64,000 nucleotides of DNA, from the NCBI GenBank assembly GCA_964463985.1, contig CAYXEK010000002.1, positions 26,468-90,467 of the forward strand, in the 5' to 3' direction. The stretch is from an uncultured Verrucomicrobiota bacterium (GTDB taxonomy: Bacteria; Verrucomicrobiota; Kiritimatiellia; JAAZAB01). The position numbers and the translations under genes were made by a program. The stretch's first letter is position 1. Every line of letters begins with the position of its first letter. The notes under the pieces were generated by a model. It saw nothing but the letters and a program-made list of their open reading frames with translations, ran no database searches and had not been told where the DNA came from. Of this stretch, positions 37,877 to 51,100 are shown in pieces.

Positions 37877-40102
37877 TTGGGTTCCTTGTTTTCAACGCCG
37901 GCTTTTTATATCGGCTTTGCTTTGACCATGCATTCCAAGTCCAATCCCAAAAACATGCGCCAGGGCCTGTATCAAATCGGCGCGGCGCCCTGGAAGTACT
38001 ACACCGAACAGTATCCGCGGAACACAAAATTGGCGATGCTGGTGTTGGACTCCAAACATCTCTATGGCGCCGGCGGCGCCGTTATTCCATCCGTGGCCTG
38101 GATGGCGGAAACAGCCGGCTATATTTTTGATTGCTATTGGGCCGAGTTTGATGAACCGCGATTTAATAAACGTATTTATTTCGGCTGCCGGGTTGAAGAG
38201 CAGTTTTTGCTGGTCAATAATTATTTTGATGCGCTTTGGATCGCATTGGGGCCGCGCGCCCGTGAAATTCTGCAACCGATAGACACGGTGGCCAAAACAT
38301 TGTGTTTTGACAATCACCTGGAATTATACCGCGCCTTAATCAAGCGCTGGAAAATAAAAATTACGACCGCGATCGTCCTGCCCCGCGTCCACGAGCTGGA
38401 TCAGACCCAAGACGCCAATCTTAATCCGGGATTTACCCCTTCCGGGCACCTGGGTTCCCGGGATCAATCCATACCGGCCTCAGAAATCGCGGAATTGGAT
38501 TATCCAATTTTATATGGCAACCAATCCAATCCCGGTTCCCGGAAGATCGTCTGCGGCGCCGGACGGAAACCGGGGTTTTTCGGCCGTTTTCATTTATATC
38601 TCTGGCCGGACGTGTATTTCAACCGTTATCTGGGATTGATGGACGATGATAACCCGGCGGAGTCGGCCGGCGCGTTCGGCTTGAAAGATATCCGCCTGTT
38701 GCATGTCCGCCTCGAGCCCGCAGCGCTTGCCGGAATTAAATCAGAAACAGTGGACGCAACGTCTTCCACGGACCGGGCCTGGGATTTGACCTTCCGGGTC
38801 TATAAGCGATGGTCCAAAAAGGTAAACGGCCTGATTTATGGCATTCATCAAGCGCATATGACCATGCCCGGCTGGTTGGGATGGATGATCCGGGCGCGGT
38901 ACCTGGCGGTGTACGATCCCAATTGGATCGTTTATTTGCCGCAGGCGGCAAAGCTGGCTCGCCGCCTGGGCAATCAGCGATTGGCGGTCGGCGCGGATGA
39001 ATTCGTGCATATAATGTGGTTTTACATGCAGGCGCTTGGCGCGGGGCGCCTCGATTATCCCGGCGCCAACGGCATTCCCAGCATAAAGCGGGGCATAATT
39101 TTCAAATACGCCAAACCGGACAAATCCCCCTGGGAAATGGAATATTCTGACGATGAATTATACGATTTCATGCAAAAGCGCAAAATTGCCGTCGCTTATA
39201 CATTTGGCACCACCGAATTGAGCTACGGCGAAGGGATGCCGCTGTTTTTTGATTTTATCCATTCCGTACGCGGCAGAATCGGCCTTGGATTATACCTGCC
39301 TTGGATCGAATATTACTCCGACTGGATTCACAAATTATGGACGCCTTATTACGGCAAATACATTGAACCAATGATGCATTACTGGGGATTAAGCGCATTC
39401 TTCCCGTCCGACAACATCATCCCGCCGTTCACGGTGAAAGATTTTGCGGCGGAAATGAAAACTGGGGCGGGCGAATGGCAAAAACGCATGGGACGCGATT
39501 TTCTCCCCATCGGCTACCTTGGCGCCCAGCGTGAATTAAGGCTCTGGAATGATCCTTATCGCAAGCCGCAGGACTGGTATGGCGATGTCAAATTTAAAAT
39601 TGCCGGAACCAACAAATGGCTGGATTGCATGGATTTTTGCGATCGCCAGGCGATCAAGCAATACCATGGCGATTACAGGGAAAGGCTTAAGCAAAAAGCC
39701 CGGGCGGTGCGGCAGCTTGGATATCAATATTACATGGGAGAAGGAACTACCTGGACGGAAGGAGAGTTTGTGCACGTGGCCTGCCGCGGCTATCACGCTT
39801 TATGGGATGCCCTGGAAAAACAGGCGTTCGATAAACAGCGCCCGGGTTATTTTGCCGTTAAACACGATCTGGGAATCACCTATACTCCCGGCGCCCTGGT
39901 CTGGAGAAATGCCGTCCCGTCGAAACGTTCCGGGGGTAATTATAGCGCCATGGAACAGATTAAAACCCTGCGTTATATCCATGACGGCGGCAAAGCCGGG
40001 AATTTATTCCCTGCAAAACCCAACGAACTGGTCAGGTATATCCGCTTGCTGCAAGCGCATGGCTGGCGGGAAGATGGCGAAAGCGGCCAGTTTTCCAGAT
40101 AA
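37877..40102 (+). CDS. Hypothetical protein of 741 aa, lower GC than the neighbourhood, no recognisable domain
   Basis: Long uninterrupted ORF; the start codon is uncertain (TTG at 37877 or ATG at 37928). W/Y-rich. Sampled sub-windows are about 38-57% GC, against roughly 60-65% in flanking genes. Confidence 0.45.
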   Translation: MGSLFSTPAFYIGFALTMHSKSNPKNMRQGLYQIGAAPWKYYTEQYPRNTKLAMLVLDSKHLYGAGGAVIPSVAWMAETAGYIFDCYWAEFDEPRFNKRIYFGCRVEEQFLLVNNYFDALWIALGPRAREILQPIDTVAKTLCFDNHLELYRALIKRWKIKITTAIVLPRVHELDQTQDANLNPGFTPSGHLGSRDQSIPASEIAELDYPILYGNQSNPGSRKIVCGAGRKPGFFGRFHLYLWPDVYFNRYLGLMDDDNPAESAGAFGLKDIRLLHVRLEPAALAGIKSETVDATSSTDRAWDLTFRVYKRWSKKVNGLIYGIHQAHMTMPGWLGWMIRARYLAVYDPNWIVYLPQAAKLARRLGNQRLAVGADEFVHIMWFYMQALGAGRLDYPGANGIPSIKRGIIFKYAKPDKSPWEMEYSDDELYDFMQKRKIAVAYTFGTTELSYGEGMPLFFDFIHSVRGRIGLGLYLPWIEYYSDWIHKLWTPYYGKYIEPMMHYWGLSAFFPSDNIIPPFTVKDFAAEMKTGAGEWQKRMGRDFLPIGYLGAQRELRLWNDPYRKPQDWYGDVKFKIAGTNKWLDCMDFCDRQAIKQYHGDYRERLKQKARAVRQLGYQYYMGEGTTWTEGEFVHVACRGYHALWDALEKQAFDKQRPGYFAVKHDLGITYTPGALVWRNAVPSKRSGGNYSAMEQIKTLRYIHDGGKAGNLFPAKPNELVRYIRLLQAHGWREDGESGQFSR

Positions 40103-40155
40103 TGCGGCCCTGGCCGGTACAGCGGCCTGAAAATTGATGGCGCGTTCGGAAAGGA

Positions 40156-42732
40156 TCAAGTTTCCGGCGGAGGCGGAGCGGCCGGATTTTCCGCGGGCGC
40201 ATCCGGCGCAGCGGCCGGTTCAGCGTGGCCTTCGGCTGGAGCGGCGTCTTCCGCACCTTCCGCAGCTTTTTCACCGGCGGAGTCCTCCTGGTCAACATCC
40301 TCCGGCTCAACCTTGGTGGCGGAAACCAGGGAATCGCCTTCGTCCAGGTTGATCAGGCGTACGCCCTGGGTCACCCGGCTGATGACCCGCATGCCGGCGA
40401 CATTGATGCGGATCATCTTGCCGCCCGCGGTAATCAGCATCAGGGCGTCATTTTCCATGACCGCGTGGGCGCCGACGACCAGGCCGTTGCGCTCGGAAGT
40501 GCGAATGGCAAAAATGCCCTTGCCGCCCCGGTGCTGCCCGCGATACTCGTCAAACGCCGTGCGTTTGCCGTAGCCGTGCTCGGTGCAGATGAAAAACGTG
40601 GCGCGCTGGTCCACGATTTCGATGGTCTCCAGGCAGTCGCCTTCGGCCAGGCGGATGCCCAGCACGCCGCGGGTGACGCGGCCCATGATGCGCAGCTCGG
40701 ATTCCTGGAACCGGAGGCTCATGCCCTGGCGGGTCGCCAGCATGATGTCGTCCTTGCCGGAAGTTTGCTTGACGCCGATCAGGCGGTCGCCTTCGTCAAT
40801 GTTGATGGCGATGATGCCGGCGCGGCGCGGGTTGCCGAAATCGCTCAAGCGGGTTTTCTTGATGATGCCCCGCGCAGTGGCCATGGCCAGAAATTCCGTT
40901 TCCGGGAAATCCCGCACGCGCACCATCGCCGCGATTTTTTCGCCGGTTTGCAGTTCCAGCAGGTTGACAATCGCCTTGCCCCGGGCGGCGCGGCCGGCTT
41001 CGGGAATTTCGTATACTTTTTCCCAGTACAGCCGGCCGTTCTCGGTGAAAAACAGGATGTAGTCGTGCGTGCTGGCCACGAAAACGTGCTCGACGTAATC
41101 CTCCTCGCGTGTTTCCATGCCCGCCACGCCCTTGCCGCCCCGGCGCTGGGCGCGGTAGGTGCTGACCGGCACGCGCTTGATATAGCCGGCATGGCTGATG
41201 GTGATGACGCAACTGCGGTCGGCGATGAGGTCCTCGATCTGCATCTCGCCTTCATCGGGAACGATGTCCGTCCGGCGGGCGTCGCCGTAAAGCTCCTTGA
41301 TTTCCAGCAGGTCTTCCCGGATCACCGCCAGAATTTTGGCCCGGCTGGCCAGCAATTCGCGCAGCCAGGAAATGTGCTTGATCAGCGCCAGGTATTCGTC
41401 TTCCAGCTTGCTGCGCTCCAGCCCGGTCAACTGGTACAGCCGCATGTCCAGGATGGCGTTGGTCTGGATTTCCGTCAGGCCGAACCGGCGCATCAGTTCC
41501 GCGCGGGCTTCATCGCGGTTTTTGGCGCCGCGGATGATTTTCACCACGGCATCCAGGTTGTCAATGGCGATCTTCAGCCCCTCTAGAATGTGCGCCCGGG
41601 CTTCGGCCTTTTCCAGCTCAAACTTGGTGCGGCTGGTGATAACTTCCACGCGGTGGGCAAGAAAAGCCTCCAGAATTTGCTTCAAATTCATGATCCGCGG
41701 CCGGCCCTTGTCAATCGCCAGCATGATGGCGCCGAAAGTAGTCTGGAGCTGGGTGTGCTTGTAGAGGTTGTTCAGAATCACCTTGGGCACCACGCCGCGC
41801 TTGAGTTCAATCACGATGCGGATGCCGTTCTTGTCGGATTCGTCGCGCACGTCGCCGATGCCGTCCAGGATCTTGTTCTGCACCAGCTCGGCGATGCTCT
41901 TCACCAGCGCCGACTTGTTGACCACGTAGGGGATTTCCGTGATGACAATGCTTTCCTTGCCCTGGCGGCCCTCTTCGACGCCGGCCCGCCCGCGGACGCG
42001 CAACTGGCCGCGGCCGGTCAGGTACATGCTCTGGATCGGCTTGACGCCGCAAATCAACGCACCGGTGGGAAAATCCGGTCCCTTGACATGCCGCATCAGG
42101 TCCTTCACCTCGGCCTGGGGATCATCAATCAGGGCCACCACCGCATCCACGATTTCACCGAGATTGTGCGGGGGAATATTGGTGGCCATGCCCACGGCAA
42201 TCCCGGTGCTGCCGTTGAGCAGCAGGTTCGGCAGGCGGGCCGGCAGGACGGACGGCTCATCCAGCTCGCCGTTGTAATTTTTAACCATCGGCACGGTCTG
42301 CTTGTCAATGTCCGCCAGCATTTCCTCGGCCAGCTGCCGCAGGCGGGTTTCGGTGTAGCGGTAGGCGGCGGCGCTGTCGCCGTCAATGCTGCCGAAATTG
42401 CCCTGACCGTCCACCAGGGGGTAACGCATGGCAAACGGCTGGGCCATGCGCACGAGGGTGTCATAGACGGCGGAATCGCCGTGCGGGTGGTATTTGCCGA
42501 GCACTTCGCCCACGACATAGGCCGATTTCTTGAAAGGCCGGTTATGCAGCAGGCCGAGCTGGCGCATGGCAAAGAGGATGCGGCGCGCTCCCGGTTTCAA
42601 CCCATCGCGCACGTCCGGCAGCGCGCGTCCGATAATAACGCTCATGGAGTAATCAATGTAGGCGCGCTGCATCTCGTCTTCGATATTGATGGCGCCGACA
42701 ATGTCATTTCTGGCAAACATTTCGATCTCCAT
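40156..42732 (-). CDS. gyrA: DNA gyrase subunit A
   Basis: 858-aa [56 protein letters not shown] (QRDR region, wild-type Ser/Asp) and an acidic C-terminal tail. An alternative start is at 42720, preceded by a GGAG. Confidence 0.95.
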   Translation of the reverse strand: MEIEMFARNDIVGAINIEDEMQRAYIDYSMSVIIGRALPDVRDGLKPGARRILFAMRQLGLLHNRPFKKSAYVVGEVLGKYHPHGDSAVYDTLVRMAQPFAMRYPLVDGQGNFGSIDGDSAAAYRYTETRLRQLAEEMLADIDKQTVPMVKNYNGELDEPSVLPARLPNLLLNGSTGIAVGMATNIPPHNLGEIVDAVVALIDDPQAEVKDLMRHVKGPDFPTGALICGVKPIQSMYLTGRGQLRVRGRAGVEEGRQGKESIVITEIPYVVNKSALVKSIAELVQNKILDGIGDVRDESDKNGIRIVIELKRGVVPKVILNNLYKHTQLQTTFGAIMLAIDKGRPRIMNLKQILEAFLAHRVEVITSRTKFELEKAEARAHILEGLKIAIDNLDAVVKIIRGAKNRDEARAELMRRFGLTEIQTNAILDMRLYQLTGLERSKLEDEYLALIKHISWLRELLASRAKILAVIREDLLEIKELYGDARRTDIVPDEGEMQIEDLIADRSCVITISHAGYIKRVPVSTYRAQRRGGKGVAGMETREEDYVEHVFVASTHDYILFFTENGRLYWEKVYEIPEAGRAARGKAIVNLLELQTGEKIAAMVRVRDFPETEFLAMATARGIIKKTRLSDFGNPRRAGIIAINIDEGDRLIGVKQTSGKDDIMLATRQGMSLRFQESELRIMGRVTRGVLGIRLAEGDCLETIEIVDQRATFFICTEHGYGKRTAFDEYRGQHRGGKGIFAIRTSERNGLVVGAHAVMENDALMLITAGGKMIRINVAGMRVISRVTQGVRLINLDEGDSLVSATKVEPEDVDQEDSAGEKAAEGAEDAAPAEGHAEPAAAPDAPAENPAAPPPPET

Positions 42733-42746
42733 GGGTCCGGCCGCGG

Positions 42747-45362
<2,616 letters not shown>

Positions 45363-46985
45363 TCAAAAAGGGATTTCGCCCAGGCGGACATCCGGGTTGC
45401 GCTCCTGGAAATAGCGCAGGTTCCATTCATCGGGGAAAAGAATCGCCGGCCGCCCCCGGCTGTCGCGCGCCAGCCGGGCCTCGGTGGGCAAAAGCATCCC
45501 GGCCAGGTCCGTCCGCGGCTCGACCCAGCGGGTGACGGTCCATGGGGCCGGTTCCAGCCGCGAAGCGGCGCCATATTCGCTTTCAAGGCGTGACTGGACG
45601 ATTTCCAGCTGCAATGGTCCGACCGCTCCCAGCACATCCTTGCGGAACTGGCCTTCCAACTGGTAGGATTGCACCACGCCTTCCTGCAGTAATTGCGCCA
45701 GGCCCTCGCGGAAACGCTTGAAATTGGCCGGTTCCGGGTTTTCCAGGTACGCAAAACATTCCGGCGCAAACCATGGAATTTCCTCGTAAACAATCGCCGG
45801 ATCCTCAGTCAGCGTGTCGCCGATGGCGAACTGGGCACTGCCCACGATGCCCACCACATCGCCCGGGAAAGCTTCATCCACCGTCTCGCGCTCGCGGCCG
45901 AAAAGCTTGGCGGCGTTCGATAGGCGCACGGTTTTATTGGCGCGGGCCAGTTTGACGCTCATATCGCGCTCGAATTTGCCCGACACTACCCGCACGAAGG
46001 CGATCCGGTCGCGGTGCCGCGGGTCCATGTTGGCCTGGATTTTAAAGACAAAACCCGAAAATGCCGGATGCTCCGGCGGCACCAGCCCGCCGCGGGAGCG
46101 GCGGCTGCCCGGCGCCGCGGAGAGTTCCAGGAATCCGTCCAGCAGCAATTGTACGCCGAAATTGTTCAAAGCGCTGCCGAAATACACCGGGGTGGTTTTG
46201 CCGGCGAGCACGTCCGCCGGGTTCAACCGCGCCCCGGCGGCTTCCAGCATTTCCACTTCCTCGCAAACGGCCCCATGGGTCATTTCGTCCAGTTGTTCGC
46301 GGACCAACCGGTCATGCAGGCCGGCAGTGGCTACCGGCGCCCGGTAAGCGCCGCCAAGCGTACGTTCGTATAAATGCGCCATCCCGGTCTGCCGGTCCCA
46401 GACGCCTTTGAAATCAAAACCCGTACCCAGCGGCCAGTTCATCGGATAGGCGGCGATGCCCAGGACGCGTTCCAGCTCATCCAGCAAAGCCAGCGGCTCC
46501 AGCGTCGGCCGGTCCATCTTGTTCATGAAGGTGAAGATCGGCACGCCGCGGTGGTGGCAGACCTCGAACAGCTTGCGCGTCTGGCTCTCGATCCCCTTGC
46601 CGGCGTCGATCACCATCACCGCCGCATCCACCGCCGTGAGCACGCGGTAGGTGTCCTCGGAAAAATCCTTGTGGCCGGGGGTGTCCAACAGGTTGATCCG
46701 GAAACCTGCATAATCGAACTGCAAAACCGTCGAGCTGATGGAAATGCCGCGCTTCTTCTCCAACTCCATCCAGTCGGAGGTGGTGGCGCGCTGGTTTTTG
46801 CGGGCCTTGACCGAGCCGGCCAGGTGCAGGGCGCCGCCGTACAGCAGGAATTTCTCCGTCAGGGTGGTCTTGCCGGCGTCCGGGTGCGACACGATGGCAA
46901 AAGTGCGCCGGCGGGCGATTTCCCGGCGCATCGTCCGTTGATCGCCCGCCGCGGCGGCGGCAATCGTGATATCATCGTCTTCCAT
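45363..46985 (-). CDS. prfC: Peptide chain release factor 3 (translational GTPase)
   Basis: 540-aa ORF. RRTFAIVSHPDAGKTTLTEKFLLYGGAL (G1), DTPGHKDFSEDTYR (G3) and the RF3-specific SDWMELEKKRGISISSTVLQF. Confidence 0.93.
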   Translation of the reverse strand: MEDDDITIAAAAAGDQRTMRREIARRRTFAIVSHPDAGKTTLTEKFLLYGGALHLAGSVKARKNQRATTSDWMELEKKRGISISSTVLQFDYAGFRINLLDTPGHKDFSEDTYRVLTAVDAAVMVIDAGKGIESQTRKLFEVCHHRGVPIFTFMNKMDRPTLEPLALLDELERVLGIAAYPMNWPLGTGFDFKGVWDRQTGMAHLYERTLGGAYRAPVATAGLHDRLVREQLDEMTHGAVCEEVEMLEAAGARLNPADVLAGKTTPVYFGSALNNFGVQLLLDGFLELSAAPGSRRSRGGLVPPEHPAFSGFVFKIQANMDPRHRDRIAFVRVVSGKFERDMSVKLARANKTVRLSNAAKLFGRERETVDEAFPGDVVGIVGSAQFAIGDTLTEDPAIVYEEIPWFAPECFAYLENPEPANFKRFREGLAQLLQEGVVQSYQLEGQFRKDVLGAVGPLQLEIVQSRLESEYGAASRLEPAPWTVTRWVEPRTDLAGMLLPTEARLARDSRGRPAILFPDEWNLRYFQERNPDVRLGEIPF

Positions 46986-47025
46986 ATTTCCGCGCCCTGA
47001 TGTTTGCGGGCCGGAAGTATGTAAG

Positions 47026-47053
47026 CAGCCACGCCGTCATGTCAACCCTGAAT
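47026..47053 (-). promoter_or_regulatory. Possible sigma70-like promoter for prfC (minus strand: TTGACA - 16 nt - TACATA)
   Basis: Read on the minus strand, about 40 bp upstream of the prfC ATG. The -10 is weak. Promoter consensus in this lineage is unknown. Confidence 0.2.
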
Positions 47054-47107
47054 TTTGCGCCGCGCAAGTTTAGCGCGGGGCGCGGCGGCGCCAGACTAGC
47101 GCACCCT

Positions 47108-49654
47108 TCACCAACTCAAACTGGACACACTGTAATTCGAGCCGGACAACATGACCGAAAAAGTTCGCGTTGCCGGATCGTATACGGCCGGATCGGTCTG
47201 CCCGTCATTGTCGTAGTCCCCGCCGGCGCACGCCACCGCCGTCGGGCCGCCGAATCCAGCCGCGCTCTCGGTGGCGGTATAGCCCTGCGCCGAAAACGTG
47301 CACTGCCAGAATCCCCCGGCCGGCTGATAGACCATGATATCGGCCAGGCCATCCCCATCGTAATCGCCGGGAACCGGCACGCAACCCGCGCCACCCATCG
47401 TTATCAGCGAGGCCGGCGCATAGGCGCTGGCGGACAACAAGACCATCCAGGCGCCGGCGGCCGGATTGTACACGCCCGGATCGGTTTTGCCATCGCCGTC
47501 ATAATCTGCGCTGGCATTGAGCCAGCCGGCGCCGCCCAGCGGCGTGCTCGCAAAGGCATACCCGGAATCCGAAAGCCAGACGGCCATCTGGCCGGCCGCC
47601 TCGGAGTATAACGCCGGATCGGCCTTGCCGTCACTGTCAAAATCGCCGCTGACCGGGACGCAACTGGAGTCGCCGATCATCCGCGTTTGCAGGGCGTAGG
47701 ACTGCGAGGAATACAGCGCCTGCCACTTGCCGGCGAGCGGGTCGTACACGGCCGGGTCGGCCTTGCCATCGCCGTCAAAGTCGCCGGGAATCGGCTGAAC
47801 GCCGATCGCCGCGGGATGAACGCTCAAGGGGCGGGGCGCTATGGTCCGGGCATAATTATCGCCGGACTGGAACAGGGAAAACACGCCACAGTCGGCGCTG
47901 AATACGGTCAGATCGGACTTGCCATCCCCATCGTAGTCATGGCCGCCAAGTTGCAGCGGCGTTCCGTATTGCGCGATTTTCGCCTGCATGGCGGGGGTCA
48001 ATTTTTTGACCAGTTCCGCGTTATACGTATGCGACGAAGTGTCGGTTAAGGGCAGATTGCCGAATACCCGGCTGGCGCCGATGCCATACCCCAGCGACTT
48101 CCACGCGCACGAGTTGGACTCGACCTGCGGATCAACACAGGTCGTCAGGATGGAGATGCTGTTGTCGTGGTTGCGGCGGATATCCCAGGTGCGAAACTGG
48201 CGGGGGAAGTCCCGCAACGAGGGGGTTTCAACCTCCCAGAATCCGTATTCCGGATGGGCCGGGTCCGGCGACGGAAAGGGGGTCACCACCCCCACATGGC
48301 GATGTCCCGCCATCACCATGAGGAGATTCGGATAATTGTGCAGCGTGGCGATCAAGTTCGATTCTACTTGCGCATCGTAAAATGCTCCCGCCGGACGATT
48401 GGTGTCGGTCAGGCTCGCTTGCGGACTTATGGGTATATGGCATGCAATGATCATGAGCTGATCGGCATCCTGTCCCATCTGCAACTCGTTGGTGAGCCAG
48501 GCGTTGCGCACCGCGTCCATCCAGCCGGCCCCATAGAAGAATGGGCTTTGTCCCGGTTCGTTCGACTTGCAGGTATTGTCGAGCACGATCACTTTGATCG
48601 GCATGTTTGCCACCGGCTCGAACGCATAACAGGCCGTCAAACTGCCCGTGTGCGCCGGATTGAAGCCGTGCCCCAGCGGGGATGATGTGCTGTTAAAAAA
48701 CTCGTTGACGAAGTTCGTGGGCGTGGCAAGATCCGTCGTGAGGCTGCGGCGGTCCGGATCGGGGGCGACGGTCGGGGGCGAATCGTAAAGGTTGGTCAAA
48801 CCCCATTTAATCACAGCGCCGTAGGGGGTGGTCCCATCCACCACACCCACATACATGCCGGTCCCCTCGGAGCCCGGGGGAAACAAGGGACCGTTGACGG
48901 AAATATTGAGCACATTGGATCCCACCAAAGCCTGTTTGATTTTGTCGGTCGGCATGCCAACGCCCATCCACATCTGATCGTGGTTGCCAATCGCCGCATA
49001 CCAGGGAATGGCGGGATCGAGTCCGGCGGCCTGGAAGGGCATCTGGTAGTCAATGGTGTCGGCGCCGCGGTGATCGCCGGAGCTGGGCGTAATATACTGG
49101 CCGTCCATGACCTGCATGAACCAGCGGAGCTCGTTGAATTGCGAAGCGTTGCACATATCGCCGAGCGCCAGCCCGAAATTGAGCGGGGTTTGCCGATGCA
49201 AGGCATTGATGGTCCTGACGGCGGTGTCAAGGTGGTGGGTCGTATCGAAAATGATCGGGGAATACGCCGACATATTCAGGCCGCCCGTTCCGGGATCGCC
49301 AAAGGACGCGCTCCAACCGAGGTATGGCACCTGGGCCGGGGATTCCTTGTCGGTGATATGAATGTCGCTGATGGAGAAGAACGATAAAAGCCGCGCCGCA
49401 TTGCCGGAGCCCATGTAGCCATCCGGCATCAGGTTGAATTTCCGGCCCTCATTCGTGCCGGCGCCCACATTCCAGGCGCTGTAGCCCAGGACCGCGTATT
49501 GGGCTACGTTGGACGGGGCAATCGGCGGCGTGTTCGGCGGCAGGAGCCGCGGCAAAATCGTCTGTTGCCGTGTCGTCGGCACGGCCCCGCTGCCGGAACC
49601 GGCAAACCATAGCAGCATTGACATACCGACGATTGAGACAAGCGTTTTCTTCAT
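47108..49654 (-). CDS. Secreted metallophosphoesterase (calcineurin-like) fused to C-terminal FG-GAP/VCBS-type repeats
   Basis: 848-aa ORF with a signal peptide. SISDIHITD, AIGNHD and MVMAGHRHVG metallophosphoesterase motifs. At least 5 repeats of GDFDGDGKADPAVY...G.W. Confidence 0.75.
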   Translation of the reverse strand: MKKTLVSIVGMSMLLWFAGSGSGAVPTTRQQTILPRLLPPNTPPIAPSNVAQYAVLGYSAWNVGAGTNEGRKFNLMPDGYMGSGNAARLLSFFSISDIHITDKESPAQVPYLGWSASFGDPGTGGLNMSAYSPIIFDTTHHLDTAVRTINALHRQTPLNFGLALGDMCNASQFNELRWFMQVMDGQYITPSSGDHRGADTIDYQMPFQAAGLDPAIPWYAAIGNHDQMWMGVGMPTDKIKQALVGSNVLNISVNGPLFPPGSEGTGMYVGVVDGTTPYGAVIKWGLTNLYDSPPTVAPDPDRRSLTTDLATPTNFVNEFFNSTSSPLGHGFNPAHTGSLTACYAFEPVANMPIKVIVLDNTCKSNEPGQSPFFYGAGWMDAVRNAWLTNELQMGQDADQLMIIACHIPISPQASLTDTNRPAGAFYDAQVESNLIATLHNYPNLLMVMAGHRHVGVVTPFPSPDPAHPEYGFWEVETPSLRDFPRQFRTWDIRRNHDNSISILTTCVDPQVESNSCAWKSLGYGIGASRVFGNLPLTDTSSHTYNAELVKKLTPAMQAKIAQYGTPLQLGGHDYDGDGKSDLTVFSADCGVFSLFQSGDNYARTIAPRPLSVHPAAIGVQPIPGDFDGDGKADPAVYDPLAGKWQALYSSQSYALQTRMIGDSSCVPVSGDFDSDGKADPALYSEAAGQMAVWLSDSGYAFASTPLGGAGWLNASADYDGDGKTDPGVYNPAAGAWMVLLSASAYAPASLITMGGAGCVPVPGDYDGDGLADIMVYQPAGGFWQCTFSAQGYTATESAAGFGGPTAVACAGGDYDNDGQTDPAVYDPATRTFSVMLSGSNYSVSSLSW

Positions 49655-49965
49655 AACCCGTGTTCCTTTGATTCAAATGACAAAGAGTTTGACACCATCT
49701 GGTTGCCGCGGAGTATAGGAGACAGGCAAAAGTTGTCAAGCGACATCGCGCACCCAACGGAGCGGGCGCGCATCTGCGATTCGGGGTATTCGGCGAAGCG
49801 CAACTTTTTGAAGTGGGGTCGCCGCAGTCCAAAGCGGCGTCGCCGCGAAAGAGCGGCGGCGGGCGCCCTTTTCGAACCGAATTCAAAACACTGCGACGGC
49901 GAGGAAGCAAAGCAAAATTGGGTTGCGGGCATACACCCGCCTTGGGCAAAAATATGATTGACCAA

Positions 49966-50002
49966 CCAATCTAATTATCATATTCTATGATTATCTGATT
50001 GG
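49966..50002. promoter_or_regulatory. Imperfect 37-bp palindrome (CCAATC...GATTGG, with inner TTATCATA / TATGATTA) overlapping the vapB RBS; candidate VapBC autoregulatory operator
   Basis: Seen directly in the AT-rich region immediately 5' of vapB. The outer 6-bp arms are perfect. Confidence 0.4.
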
Positions 50003-50010
50003 AGACATAT

Positions 50011-50292
50011 ATGCATGCAAAAGTCCTGAGTGTTACGGAGGCAGTCAGACACTTCTCCGACTATGTGAACAGAGTGGCCTACCGCCGAGAAGCTTTCGTA
50101 TTGCGGAGGGGCAAGCTGGCGCTTGCGGAACTTCGCCCTGTGCCTAGCGGCCGCCGTTTGGGAGATTTGCCGGGAATCATCGCGTCGCTGCCGGCCCTTT
50201 CCGACTCAGACGCGCAGGCCTTCGCCGATGACCTTTGCAACGCCCGCACGGGCATGCGGCGGGAAGGATTGCGAGATCCATGGGCATCTTGA
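50011..50292 (+). CDS. vapB: Type II antitoxin, Phd/YefM-like, partner of VapC
   Basis: ATG at 50011 with a GGAG 6 nt upstream; the track ORF starts at a TTG at 49999. MHAKVLSVTEAVRHFSDYVNRVAYRREAFVLRRGKLALAELRPV. Its stop overlaps the vapC start by 13 bp. Confidence 0.7.
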   Translation: MHAKVLSVTEAVRHFSDYVNRVAYRREAFVLRRGKLALAELRPVPSGRRLGDLPGIIASLPALSDSDAQAFADDLCNARTGMRREGLRDPWAS

Positions 50293-50684
50293 TTGACAGT
50301 AATGTGTTGATCGCGCTGGAGCGGAAGGGCTTGGAACTTTCATCCCGAATCGCCGGACGAGAGCAAGAAGAGGTATTCCTCTCCGTCATCTCGGCCAGCG
50401 AGTTGCTGCATGGTGTCCATCGTGCCGCCCACCCCAAGGCGCGCGCAAATCGCCTCGCGTTCGTCGAGGCCGTTCTCGCGTCTTTCCCGCTGCTGGAGAT
50501 TGATCTTGCGACGGCCCGTTCTCACGCTCTATTGTGGAGCCAACTTACCCGGCGCGGAGAGATGATTGGGGTTCACGACTCATGGCTTGCGGCCACATGT
50601 CTTGCACATGGACTGAAGCTTGCCACGGAAAACGTCCGCGAGTTCATGAGAGTGCCAGGCCTCAAGGTCGAAGAATGGAAATAA
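50280..50684 (+). CDS. vapC: PIN-domain ribonuclease toxin VapC
   Basis: MGILIDSNVLIALE... with the PIN acidic residues (D at position 6, ...SVISASELLHG..., ...D...). About 135 aa; typical VapBC overlap architecture. Confidence 0.85.
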   Translation: MGILIDSNVLIALERKGLELSSRIAGREQEEVFLSVISASELLHGVHRAAHPKARANRLAFVEAVLASFPLLEIDLATARSHALLWSQLTRRGEMIGVHDSWLAATCLAHGLKLATENVREFMRVPGLKVEEWK

Positions 50685-50781
50685 ACCGCGCCATCATCCG
50701 GCGCTGCGGTTTATTCATTCTTTTCGTGTTGCATGGCGAGTATCGTGTGACGAGTGTCGCGGGACGGAATGCTTTTATGGT

Positions 50782-50901
50782 AGAGCCAATATCAAAAGTC
50801 TCGGACGACGTGGAATTCGTCCCTCCAAAATGAAAAACAACCCGTTTTTGGAGGGTCGGGTTACACCCCGACCTTTTTGATAGGATTTTTGGAATTGGCT
50901 C
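50782..50901. repeat. MITE-like palindromic element, copy A (~120 bp; TIR GAGCCAATATCAAAAGTC / GATTTTTGGAATTGGCTC; two different internal hairpins)
   Basis: One of 4 copies in the window (A 50782-50901, B 52152-52244, C 54562-54682, D 59935-60056). Internal hairpins are GGACGACGTGGAATTCGTCC and GGTCGGGTTACACCCCGACC, bracketed by CCCTCCAAAA / TTTTGGAGGG. Confidence 0.7.
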
Positions 50902-51100
50902 GTTAGGATGATCTGTCCCAATAAGTCCGCCTTGGGCTGAAATGAACGGCGCGCAAAAAAACAGCAAAACAATTTCTTAAAAGCCAGTTTTACCTTCAAA
51001 AACAGGTTTTAAGAGCTTTTCTTAAGATGATATTCTTTGCAAGGCTAACTCTGCCAACCACTTCCCGTGGCGAAGCCACAAGGCACACGATTGGAAGGTT

